From Octopus sinensis (Eukaryota), in NCBI RefSeq assembly GCF_006345805.1, contig NC_043006.1, positions 99,324,001 through 99,388,000 on the forward strand: a stretch of DNA of 64,000 nt, read 5' to 3'. The notes under the pieces are model-generated. The model searched no databases, had not been told where the DNA came from, and saw only the letters and a program-made list of their open reading frames with translations. Shown here piece by piece: positions 28,454-39,915 of this stretch (position 1 is the first letter of the stretch; each line of letters opens with the position of its first letter). Made by a program: the position numbers and the translations under genes.

Positions 28454-28716
28454 AGAATAATAATAAACGCGCCCTTTTAAAGCCTAGCCATGCTCATGGG
28501 CCCGTTTCCCGGGTTTCTATGGCGTATGAGTTCCCCAGCTGGACGGGTCGCCAGTCCATCGCAGCGTTACTCATTTGTGCCAGCTGAGTGGACTGGAGCA
28601 ACGTGAAATGAAGTGTTTTGCCCAAGAACACAACGCGTCGCCCGGTCCAGGAATGGAAACCACAATCTTACTATCGTGTCGCTGACACCCTAACCACTAA
28701 GCCACGTGCCTCCACA
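28454..28716 (-). mobile_element. Full-length tRNA-headed SINE with 14-bp TSD
   Basis: Head GTGGAGGCACGTGGCTTAGTGGTTAGGG and a short trinucleotide tail (AATAATAATAA on +). TSD ATCACTATATATTA at 28440-28453 and 28717-28730. Confidence 0.9.
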
Positions 28717-28979
28717 ATCACTATATATTACACATAGATAATAGACTCATACTAACGATCAACTGTTCACGTTACATTTTCTTTGCATTTCTGTCCCAGC
28801 CATCAGTAGCTCACATTCTGCATATTCAGTTAATAAACGAACAATTTAAGGGCAAGATTCAATCAAGCAACTAAATATATTCCAGATTATCAGGGAACGC
28901 ATAGATTTACGCATCAATACTCTGAATGCCAACGGTAATTTTTATTATCTATACAAACTTAGATATGTTTCGACCAAAT

Positions 28980-29329
28980 ATTGGTCCAGGCCACGTCTAA
29001 CATAATAGCACCACCTGATAGGATTATTTGAATCCTGTTTAAGTCAAGTTTTGTTTATGGTCCATTCAAGTAGTGAGTTTTTGTTGGGTGAGTTGTATCC
29101 AATTATGGGTGGCTTATCTGGTATTCCTTGAAGGAATCTATCCAGACTCCGTTTAAAGTTGATGGGATCCTGTTCCTCTTTGATCTCTTTCGGGACAATG
29201 TTAAATAGGGCAGGGCCTGTTGAGGAAAATAAATTATGTTGTAGTGTATATGTATGCTGTGATCTTGAATTGGGCAGGGGACGTATGGCCAGTTGTATCC
29301 AATTATGGGTGGCTTATCTTGTATTCCTT
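28980..29329 (-). mobile_element. CR1-like LINE extreme 3' fragment
   Basis: HNLFSSTGPALFNIVPKEIKEEQDPINFKRSLDRFLQGIPDKPP; 3' UTR motif ATAGCACCACCTG shared with 54121-54135. Confidence 0.85.
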
Positions 29330-29762
29330 AGTTACTCCAAAACATAAGTTACTCCACTGAGAAATTAAAGTGTAATAACAGGAACAACATATTTCAGCCG
29401 TATTATATTGATTCGCATTTACAAAATAAATATAAAAATACATATCGAATAACATTCTGACGTCGCTGATGCTGTTAAAAGCAGCAATAAAGTAAATTAT
29501 CAGGGTTTGATGTATATCATCAAAAAACATAAAAAACATTTTGTTACTATCATCTATCACAACTGCAATATATCATCTAGTTTTAGTCTATGTATCAAAC
29601 CCACTTCAATTGATCAATCCCTAGTTTTCCGTCTCTCTCCCCTCTCTATATATACTCTCTCTCTCTCTCTTTCTATCTATCTCTCGCGCATGCGCTCTTT
29701 TCTTATCTCTATCCTTCCCTATCATTATTTCTGTATCTAATTTTTTATATACTTATGTTTGC

Positions 29763-29794
<32 letters not shown>

Positions 29795-29924
29795 ATGTGT
29801 GTGTGTGAGTGCTTGCGAGTGTATGCGTGCGTGTCTGTGTGTGTGTATATGTGCGTGTGTGTGTGTGCTTTTATGTATGTATGTATCCATCTACCTATAT
29901 CCGCATACACACATATGATAATAT

Positions 29925-29955
<31 letters not shown>

Positions 29956-29982
29956 CTTATGTTGCATATATAAACATGTGTG

Positions 29983-30014
<32 letters not shown>

Positions 30015-30194
30015 AATAAAATAAATAATTATGCTGCATTTATTTCTAAATGCTGTATTTGTTTTCCGTGAAAGTTTGGCGCGCTGTTGGTTGGGGCATT
30101 TGAATTATAACGTCGGATGTAATCAATTGAACCACACGCGTATTTATCGTTATGGTAAAATCTGGCGTGTGATTGAGTGGATTTCATCCAGATA

Positions 30195-30278
30195 GTTTTG
30201 GCTGAGGAGCTACAAGTGGATTTTTTTGTAAGTAAAATTACACTTAATTCATTAATAGCGAAACAATTGTCCCAAAAT
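30195..30278 (+). ncRNA. Minimal type I hammerhead ribozyme (copy 1)
   Basis: Stem I GTTTTGG/CCAAAAT; core CTGAGGA 30202-30208; stem II GCTA/TAGC; GAAA 30260-63; C-AATT-G palindromic stem III; GTC cleavage triplet 30269-71. Confidence 0.88.
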
Positions 30279-30729
30279 AATCTGTATTTTTGTTATTTTT
30301 TATTTGCCCTGTCCGTGTGAGCTAACAATCGTACTGACTTTCATGGGAAACATGTATTTTTGTGGTTGAAACCTATTGGATTAACTGGTGCTAGAGTGAG
30401 CCATATAGTGACCACTCTCTTATATTTATTTTGTAAAAATATTATAATATATTATAAAATATTATAATAATCCAGGTTTCTCGGAGCACTAGGCCACTTG
30501 GTGTAGAATAGATATACTATTAAATTAGTATCTAATTCTCTCACCCTTATTAATTAATTATAATTATGCTGCATTTATTTCTAAATGCTGTATTTGTTTT
30601 CCGTGAAAATTTGGCGCGCTGTTAGTTGGGGCATTTGAATTATAACGTCGGATGTAATCAATTGAACCACACGCGTATTTATCGTTATGGTAAAATCTGG
30701 CGTGTGATTGAGTGGATTTCATCCAGATA

Positions 30730-30813
30730 GTTTTGGCTGAGGAGCTACAAGTGGATTTTTTTGTAAGTAAAATTACATTTAATTCATTAATAGCGAAACA
30801 ATTGTCCCAAAAT
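30730..30813 (+). ncRNA. Minimal type I hammerhead ribozyme (copy 2)
   Basis: Identical core and stems 535 bp downstream; predicted cleavage after 30806. Confidence 0.88.
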
Positions 30814-31088
30814 AATCTGTATTTTTGTTATTTTTTATTTGCCCTGTCCGTGTGAGCTAACAATCGTACTGACTTTCATGGGAAACATGTATTTTTGTGG
30901 TTGAAACCTATTGGATTAACGGGTGCTAGAGTGAGCCATATAGTGACCACTCTCTTATATTTATTTTGTAAAAATATTATAATATATTATAAAATATTAT
31001 AATAATCCAGGTTTCTCGGAGCACTAGGCCACTTGGTGTAGAATAGATATACTATTAAATTAGTATCTAATTCTCTCACCCTTATTAA

Positions 31089-31147
<59 letters not shown>

Positions 31148-31165
31148 CACACACACACACATATA

Positions 31166-31201
<36 letters not shown>

Positions 31202-31206
<5 letters not shown>

Positions 31207-31800
31207 AGCACACAGAATGCTAGGACCTAGAAAATTTGTAAAAACGATAGGGACCAAACTGGAAAAGAGGAACATAAACACTAAGAATGATAAATTCGAA
31301 ACAGAACCCACGAAGGGGCAACACATGTAGAAAGTAGAAAGGAACTGGTAGACGTGGATAGAAATCGTGAAATGACAGTCGAAACTGTTATAACAAAATT
31401 CCTTAACAAAACCCATAGAAATGAAAAAATGAGTCATGAATTTATTGGGATTAGCACAATTTTCAATTCACAAATAAAATCCACAAAAGACCAGAAATTC
31501 TCAGCATTAAATAGGCACTTTCCCAAATATTTCAAATATAACAAAATAATCAACAGGCATAATGTAAAATTAGCATATGCGACCTCTCACAGTCTAGAAT
31601 ACTACACATACACACTAAAAATATAAACCTCAAAAAGGTACTACTAGATTGGGTATACGAAATGACTGCAGCTCGTAACATAAAAGATGATGGAACGGTT
31701 GCAAATATGAACAATAAAAGCACATAAAAACGGGTCCGAACAATTCGGCATTATTGGCAGTCCAATCCATACATAAGGAAAATGAGAACATGATTACACG
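31202..31800 (+). mobile_element. Degenerate Penelope-like ORF fragment (RT to GIY-YIG linker)
   Basis: KFSALNRHFPKYFKYNKIINRHNVKLAY resembles the PLE linker motif (HFP...KIFNRN.VK.SY). Confidence 0.65.
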
Positions 31801-32922
31801 AGAAGAATAAATATGACCACCTCAAATGATAATATAATATTTAACTGCAGGTGGAAAAAAGGAATACAAATTTAAAATGATAAAGTTTAAAACAGGGGTG
31901 GGGAAACACCCGCTCGTAGGTTGGTGTACTCGTATGTACCAGATTTATTAAATTTTTCAATTATAAAATTTATAAAATTACTCGTATACCTATTTGCGAC
32001 ATAGGTCACGTTTCCACTACGACTTAAAAAACGGTTAGACTTGGACAAAAATCTTTCGGTAGTTGCCATTTGAATGGGAATTTTGCTTTCCCTATAAAAC
32101 GCATATTGCTAAGTTTGTACCACGACTTTGGGATCAAACTACCCTCCAGATTAAAAGTTTTGAATACCTCATAAGTAATATAAACACCCTAAATTAATGA
32201 AGATGTTACGTGTTAATTTACAATATTAAACTTATTTTTATTAATGTATGCTGAATTATAAATATATACGAGATTTACACAGATATAAAAGCTAGAATTT
32301 CTGATTCGCCCGCGGACTATTCTCTTTGGAAATATTTCCCACCGCTTTGTAGTTTCCGTCTCAGAATTTCTGGAACCATAATTGACAATGGCTTACGCTT
32401 GTAATCAGATGCCTACAGATTGCAATATAGGCCAAAGAGGCTTCTTTGTCATTTCTCAATATATCTCTGAAATCTTACTGTAAACTTTACAATTTGCACT
32501 AAGAATAATGGCAGGGTACAATTGCTACCTATTTTCATAGCAAGTTGATGCAATTGGTTTATCCCCACCCCACTGACATCTAGTTCATGCAGTCGAAAAA
32601 AGAACGCATTCTTTATGGGATGACCCAAAACATGTATGCCTGTGTATATGCAGTTATGTATATTATTGTTATCATTAGAAAGCATCTTTATATATATATA
32701 TATATATATATATATTTAAGTAGGTGACTGAATTATCCTATGTTTATCGTCAGCATGGAAAATTCGTTTAACCGAAACCTGGGTAGCCAATTCACGCCAG
32801 AAAACACGGTTGAAGCGACCTGTCAAGTGTAGAAACACCGGTTTCTTGTGTAGAAATTGGTGCGTTGTATATGAATGAATGAAAGAATGGAGTCGAACGA
32901 AGATGTTAACAAAATTCCTTTA

Positions 32923-33004
32923 CTCTCGACATATGTTTCGAAGTCAGCATATTTTTATTCCGAAGGAATAAAAAGTACATTATGCAATCTTCTCATCAGG
33001 AAAG
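32923..33004 (-). ncRNA. Minimal type I hammerhead ribozyme in the left palindrome arm (intact core)
   Basis: Minus strand: CUUUC-CUGAUGA-GAAG..(long stem II)..CUUC-GAAA-C-AUAU-GUC-GAGAG; stem I CUUUC/GAGAG. Confidence 0.85.
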
Positions 33005-33150
33005 ATAAGGAGCCTCTCTCAACCACAAGAGGAACAAAAATTTCGATGACTGCCTACATGGTGATCACAGCGATAATGAGTGGTTTATCACATTATCGCT
33101 GGCAATCATCGAAATTTTTGTTCGTCTTGTGGTTGAGAGAGGCTTCTTAT

Positions 33151-33232
33151 CTTTCTTGATGAGAAGATTGCATAATGTACCGTTTATTCCTTCGGAATAA
33201 AAATATGCTGTCTTCGAAACATATGTAGAGAG
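33151..33232 (+). ncRNA. Hammerhead copy in the right palindrome arm (core C3 changed to U)
   Basis: CTTTC-TTGATGA-GAAGA...TCTTC-GAAA-C-ATAT-GTA-GAGAG. Confidence 0.7.
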
Positions 33233-33299
33233 TAAAGGAATTTTGTTAACATCTTCGTACGACTCCATTCTTTCATTCATATATATATATATATATCAA

Positions 33300-33984
33300 C
33301 AATAATAAAGGGTATAATTAATTAATTAATTAGTAATTAATAGTTTTACTAAGCAGTGTGCATCATGTTAAAAGGACCATTTACGGTAAACTTAAACATT
33401 ATTTTATATATTTAGGGTTCAGCCCAAAAAATTTGCTTTGACACATACTGAACTTTTAGAAATAGCAGACAAAGAATTTAGCTATTTCTTTTACTATAAG
33501 AACAATCTCCCAGACAAGGCATACTGAAAAACAATTCACGTGGGCATAGAGGGAAAAATAACGAAAGTTCACTCAAAATTTGATTACTTGTGAAAGCGTT
33601 TCGGGTTTAGTTAGATATAGAGATGCTAGAAATACATCCCTATTCCAACATTCCCGTCATCAGCACAAAGATTTAGTTAAATTTAAATTTGAGAACACTA
33701 AAAATCGAACATACCCATCTGATTTGAGTAACTTCAGACAAACCGTCCTCGATATCCAGTACTAACGAATTCAAAACATACGAATGAGGCTCCGTATTCT
33801 CCCCTGTCCACCCACGTGTGTTATAGAGCAACAAATTCCTACAGAAGAATCTGTAGTTTATTATCAGAGAATTATATCCTCAATAATAATAAAGGGTAAA
33901 ATGAATTAATTAATTAGTAATTAATAATTTTAACAAGCAGTGTTCAGCATGTTAAAAGGACCATTTACGGTAAACTTAAACATT

Positions 33985-33985
<1 letters not shown>
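33300..33985 (+). mobile_element. Probable Penelope-like remnant bracketed by ~100-bp direct repeats
   Basis: 33300-33401 and 33885-33985 are near copies (AATAATAAAGGGT...GGTAAACTTAAACATTA). The interior has weak similarity to a PLE GIY-YIG region. Confidence 0.5.
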
Positions 33986-34033
<48 letters not shown>

Positions 34034-34506
34034 CGACAGAGAGAAACAGACACATAGAATGATCAATAGAGTGCAGTAGTAACACACGCATGTACACACA
34101 CACGCACACACATATTTGTATGTATCTATGTATGCATGCTTATATTGGTCTATGTCTGTATTATGTGTATTTAGGTATCCATGAATCTCGATGCACAATT
34201 TTATAGACAAAAAGGCTTAACAGTGGCTAACTTTTACAATTCGAATATATCTCAAATTTGATAAACAATATGTGTCATATAGCGTTTTGAATGATAGCCT
34301 GAGATGTGTATATTTGGGAAGCTTACATTTGGGAAACACGATATCTCAATAATTGCACGCTATCCTATATGATGAGGATTAAATGTAATAACCAGAAGTC
34401 GTTCTATCTGTGATTAACAACGATATACTTTCTTACATTTTGGCATATGCATGTCTGCTTTGATAAAGAGGTATTCGTGCATACACCTACAAATATACAT
34501 ACATAG

Positions 34507-34549
<43 letters not shown>

Positions 34550-34628
34550 TGCATAAATACATATATATTAGTGTATATATGTATATGCATATATGTACTT
34601 AAGTAAATACACACACACACACACACAT

Positions 34629-34681
<53 letters not shown>

Positions 34682-34919
34682 CATGCATAAACATACATAT
34701 GTTGAACAACACTAAGGTGTGTTCAGTGGTTTCTGAGTAGATATGTTTGTTTAGAGTGTTCGACAAAGCTTTTCGATTTGGGATATCTATGTTGTATGTA
34801 ATTTCTGACAAATCTGCGATTGAGAGGCAGCCACAATAACAACACGAACAACAACAACAACAACCACAACAACAATAATAATAATAATAATAATAATATA
34901 ATAATAATAATAATAATAA

Positions 34920-34960
<41 letters not shown>

Positions 34961-34962
<2 letters not shown>

Positions 34963-35495
34963 GTCTTCATGCAGTACTAGGCAGTGGCTCTCATGGTCTC
35001 TGATCTTAACTGATTGGAAGTGTTATCCTGTACATTATTTTGTCTTGGAATAAAAGATGGGCTACAGCAAATATTCTGCTCAATACTACAGATTTGCTTG
35101 TCAGTTGCTTGATCTTAACCAGGTGAACATGCCCCCGGTGGCTGATGATTTGTGCATCTCCGATCACAAGAGAAGTTGTAGGGAGCATCATAGCCATGTG
35201 TTGAGAGGGTTTCTTTGGTGTTTGAATAATTACCTTCTGGAAACATAGGTGGTTCGTTCAACATCCTAAAACAACCCTTATTCAGAGACCTTCTGAGCGG
35301 GATGGGTTACTCGGCAAGAAGGAAATTCTAACTGAGCCCCACCCGCAAGGTCATGCGCTGTTTATCTTGATGTGAGACCACCATGTCGCACACATATGAT
35401 TGTGTACCCTTATCAGACGGGTAGTTATGATGGGTATACTGGGCTTCGTATATTTTACCCCAGTGTCACTTTGATGGCATGCTCTGCTCTCTCAC

Positions 35496-35535
<40 letters not shown>
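34961..35535 (+). mobile_element. Retroposon 3'-end fragment with (AAT)n tail, embedded in (AAT)n
   Basis: Non-coding 540-bp block between two (AAT)n runs; family not assigned. Confidence 0.5.
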
Positions 35536-35537
<2 letters not shown>

Positions 35538-35599
35538 CCTTCTCCCTTTTTTCCCCCTTCTTTTCCTTTTTTTCTCCCTTTTTTTCTTTTTTTAAAAAT

Positions 35600-35758
35600 T
35601 TATTTATTAGACATTCACTAGTACAACATAAAAAAAATATATGGCACACTAGGCATAACAACAACGTGAACTTCCAACCTGTTGTCTCTTGAGGTCTCTG
35701 GGTGAGACTTGGAGCCAACTTGTACAGACATAAAGCAAAAGTCAAACATAGAATAATA

Positions 35759-35800
<42 letters not shown>
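35600..35800 (+). mobile_element. 3' UTR-only copy of the Dong/R4 element at 6374-7146
   Basis: TTAGACATTCACTAGTACAACAT...ATATATGGCACACTAGGCATAACAAC...ATAGAA(TAA)n matches the reverse complement of 6374-6445. Confidence 0.85.
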
Positions 35801-35811
<11 letters not shown>

Positions 35812-35823
35812 TAATAATAATGA

Positions 35824-35854
<31 letters not shown>

Positions 35855-35950
35855 AAGAAGAAGAAGAAGAAGAAGCAGGAGGAGGAGGAGGAGAAGGAGG
35901 AGTAAGAGGAGTTGGAGGAGGAGGTGGAGGAGGAAGAGGAGGAGGAAGAA
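35753..35950. repeat. Compound (AAT)n-(AAG)n-(GAG)n microsatellite
   Basis: Read directly. Confidence 0.95.
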
Positions 35951-35954
35951 GATA

Positions 35955-36760
35955 AATGGACCGTTTGAAAGGAATTCACAGGATGTTAAGGATTATACAG
36001 TCGCGTAGGCATGGCTTGACCGAGGTGACTTGAACCGTTCCACCGAGACCCTGATCACTGTTGCACAAGCTTTCGCTGCCAGGAAAATGTGACCTACTTG
36101 ATAAGTGGATGTGAAAGCCTTCAAAAAAAGATAATAATACAAGCTCCGCTCCGATAAATTGTGTGTGTATCTTCATTGGTTCTTATATTATAAATACCAA
36201 TGTTAAGTAACAGAGAACTGGTATGAGCATGTACCAAGTAAAGTTATGCAGGAGGATGGAAAAATAATGATACTCCGGGACTATCATTTTCATATGGATC
36301 GTGTAATCGAACACCGTCGGCTGGATATTGGCATATTGAATAAGAGAGACAAATACCTGTCAGATCATTGATGTAGCCATGATCAATGGACATGAATGTA
36401 TTGAGTAAAGAGGTTGAAAATTTACCAAGTACTCCGAATTGAAAAAGGAAATGGCAAGATTGTATGGAAGTCACTCCAGTAAAACGTTGCAAAGCGTTTA
36501 GACTGGAGTAAAAACCTACAGAATTGGTCCCTAGAGCAGTGGGAAAATGTCATTTCCTCGGATGAGTTATCGTTTACCTTATTGTGACACATGTAACAGT
36601 GACATCAGTAGTGATCGGAGCGTTCGGCTCAATTCCATTGAAAATTCAAGAGTTCTTAAGACAACTGGAAATCCCAAGCCAGATGGATGTCTTGCAAAAT
36701 GCAGACTTATTGGGCACGGTGTACGTCTTAAGGAAAGTATCTGTCTGATGTCCATGTTGT
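35955..36760 (+). mobile_element. Second, older Dong/R4-clade fragment (RT end plus RLE) with deletions
   Basis: AWLDRGDLNRSTETLITVAQ; DRVIEHRRLDI; QIIDVA; KYSELKKE; SVVIGAFGSIP...LLGTVYVLRKV. Confidence 0.8.
36470..36580 (+). mobile_element. ~110-bp internal Tc1 transposase scrap inside the Dong fragment
   Basis: NVAKRLDWSKNLQNWSLEQWENVISSDELSFTL (WSDESxF motif). Confidence 0.75.
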
Positions 36761-37055
36761 GACTCGTCAGATGACTAAAGCCTCCAATCCATTTTTACCT
36801 ACACTATGTTACGAAGGAATAGATAACACAAACACCAAAACTGACAAGTATACGTAACACAGAGAAATAGCACTACTAGACACCGCACAAATCCTACGTA
36901 AAGCAATTTCAATGCAGTGAAAATAAGAGCACCACAATTCATCTACTTAATTATGTATATTTTCCCCATGAAACCAAATATATTCATTTAACTGACGGAT
37001 ATCATTCAAAACGCATTTACATATATGTTATGGAAATGTCATATTAGGGAACGCA

Positions 37056-37752
37056 CAGGGTTAGACAAAATATTGGAAACACCTTTAAATTTTAAGCAAA
37101 TTTATTTAAATATAGGTACGACCGCCTTTGGCACTAATTACAGCTTTGAATTCTATGAGGTATGGATTCGTACATAGTTTGAATCTTTTCCAAAGTATCA
37201 TTCAGATCCAAAGTTCTTCAGCTAAAACAGTTTCCAGTTCTTCTTGTGATGATGGTGAAGGATGTCAACTCCTTATTTGTTTTTTCTAAAATGTACCATA
37301 AATTTGTATGTATATATGAAAGGTATAATGTGTGTGTATGTGTGAGTGTGTGTGTGAATGTAAATTACGCACGTCCAGAAATAGGCACGCATGTCGCTCC
37401 AATTTTAGGAGGACATTCGTCACGATCCAATGTGTATTTTCCTCAAATTTATTTCCACCGAGGCATCAGCGAGTAGCGGTAAAAATAAATTTTCGACCAT
37501 AACTTAACAATTGCCACGGCGGAGAAATCCACCATTGCTTATACAAACATGAGTTAAGTCCCCTTCTAGCGACGGTGTGAAGAGAGGGAGGGAGAGAGAG
37601 ATATATAACAGATTTTTTAAATTTCGTCTTTTTACTGAGTGACTGACAAGCAAAAACATACATACAGGTGCTGTTATGTATGTATGTGTTAATGGCTTCA
37701 GTCACACAATCACACACAAGAACATGTATGTAATGTGTGTGTGTGTTGCCCG

Positions 37753-37799
<47 letters not shown>

Positions 37800-38735
37800 C
37801 ATAGCTGGTCGTGCGTGAACATGTAATGTGTGTGTGTGTTGCCCGTATATATATATATATATATATATACATAGCTGGTCGTGCGTGAACATGCGAGAGA
37901 GCAGAGGTTACCAGAGCAAAAGACCTACGTGGTGACTGTAGACACGCTCCTTCGCAAACGAGCAGCTATTACTTTTGTAAACAATGTTTCGAAACTGTTC
38001 ATGTTTTCGAAAGGAGAGATCTGACTCTCACATCTCTGTGGGAGACGGTAGGCCCCCTCTATTACACTTACGTGTGTGTGTTTACAAATTTGCGTTTTGT
38101 AAACAATGTTTCGAAACTGTCCATGTTTTCGTAAGAAGAGATCTGACTCTTTTCAAGCATAACGTCTACCAATTTTGATGTATTTTGTTCAAACTTGATG
38201 CCAGGCTTACTTAGGACTCATAGGATCTTTGAATGCTTTAATTTCTCCAAAATCGAAAAAAAAATTGATGTGCGGAAAAAATCGATAAACCGATTCCTTA
38301 TGGGATCAAATTTTCTGCAAAATTTCAGCCAAAAGTTTACCAATTTCAACGGTTTTCACTCAAATTTGACGTCGATGTTACTTAGTTCGATTGGAAATAA
38401 CGAATTTGATTAGCTTAATAATCCTAACGTAAGCGTCTGCAAAGCCGGGCTATACTGCTAGTGTTCAATAATATTGAGATCTGGGGACTGTGGTGGCCAG
38501 ATAAGCTGTTCAACGTCACTAGAATGTTACTATTCAGTAACAACTGTTGCTGAGTGAATCGGTGCATTATCATTCTGAAAGATTGCATTTCCCTCTAGAA
38601 ACAGTTCCGAAACCATAGGATGGATTTGATCAGATAAAATGCTTGAATAGTCTGCCATGAAGAAAAACTATTGGGCCGGCGTATTTCATAAATATCAATC
38701 CCAGTTCATCACAGATTCTCCTCCATGTTTAACAT
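37056..38735 (-). mobile_element. Tc1 transposon 3' half split by a Helitron
   Basis: 38735->38462: ILSDQIHPMV...IFQNDNAPIHSA...IWPPQSPDLNIIEH. It resumes at 37302 with LWYILEK...SSQEELETVL. TIR-like CAGGGTTAGACAAAATATTGGAAACACC at 37056. Confidence 0.85.
37303..38461 (+). mobile_element. Non-autonomous Helitron inserted at an AT dinucleotide
   Basis: 3' end GCCGGGCTATACTGCTAG resembles 41245-41262; removing it restores the Tc1 frame exactly. The 5' end is TT rather than canonical TC. Confidence 0.8.
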
Positions 38736-39344
38736 TTAGAAGACGGTTATCTGAATTGTGACAATTAGTTAATTCATACGAAGATATATGAAAAGTCAAA
38801 ATGTATTATTTGTTATACTTCTCAAGGACTGTATGACGCAAACATAATGAACTATGAAATCTGCCACCACCATCTCATTATTTGAGTGTATTTGTTTTTT
38901 TTCACTCTCAGTGAAACACTCGTGCTTGTCTAACATTCATCTCTATATAAACGTCATTTACTTGCATACGTTGCTTACGGTTGTAGGAAACAATTTGGTA
39001 TCTCACCGCGCAGATGAGCTTTCGCTACACCCAGGATCTGCTCCTCCTTCATTGAATAACGTATAGAACACAGATATGCATGATTATTATGTCTAGTCTG
39101 TATCATTACCGAACTGAAGACACTGTATAAGATACACGTATGTTCTATCTTATACAGCAGGGATCGATAATGCATGATATGTGGATCACATACTCATTGA
39201 TATCTTTGCATTTTTTAAATAAAATCATAAATAGATTTGAGCAACAGAATCAAAATGTCGCCCTGCATAAATGTACCGTGTACTAAATATTAGCATATGG
39301 TTGAAAACTACCAAGATATATGCAATAAATATTTCCATTTCTTT

Positions 39345-39915
39345 TTTCTCTATTGCCCAAAGGGGGCAAAATATAGAAGGGACAAACAAGGACAGACAAA
39401 GGGATTAAGTATATTACATCGACTCCGGTGCATAACTGGTACTTAATTTATCGACTCCGAAACGAGGAAAGTCTGAGTCGACCTCAGCGGAACTTGAACT
39501 CAGAACGTAAAGGCAAAATACCTATTTCTTTACTACCCAGAAAGGGCTAAACACAGAGAGGACAGACAAGGACAGACGAACGGTTTAAGTTGATTATATC
39601 GACTCCAGTGTGTAACTAGTACTTATTTAATCGACCCCGAAAGGATGAAAGGCAAAATCGACCTCGGCGGAATTTGAACTCAGAACGTAAAGGCAGATGA
39701 AATACATATTTCTTTACTACCTACAAGTGGCTAAACAGAGAGGACAAACAAGGACAGACAAAGGGATTAGGTCGATTATATTAACCCCGGTGCGTAACTG
39801 GTACTTAATTTATCGACCCCGAAAGTATGAAAGCCAAAGTCGACCTCGACTGAATTTGGACTCAGAACGTAACGGCTACGCATTTCGCCGGCATGCTAAC
39901 GTTTCTTCTAGCTCA
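39345..39915 (-). mobile_element. Tandem trimer of ~180-bp SINE units
   Basis: Three repeats of GGACA.ACAAGGACAGAC...GTCGACCTC..CGGAA.TTGAACTCAGAACGTAA; only the last unit carries the tRNA-like head. Confidence 0.85.

Larger units (their letters stand above)
30026..31095 (+). repeat. Head-to-tail tandem duplication, 2 x 535 bp, each unit carrying a hammerhead ribozyme
   Basis: Units 30026-30560 and 30561-31095; I see four substitutions by eye. Confidence 0.95.
32870..33285. repeat. Long inverted repeat (~200-bp arms, 12-nt spacer)
   Basis: ORFs 32875+ and 33280- translate to nearly the same peptide. Centre CAGCGATAATG-AGTGGTTTATCA-CATTATCGCTG; the left arm has a ~13-bp extra segment. Confidence 0.95.

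Noticed and set aside
37722-38150. Short direct repeats with spacers, superficially CRISPR-like
   Set aside because: Only 2-3 irregular copies inside a Helitron in eukaryotic DNA, with no cas genes.
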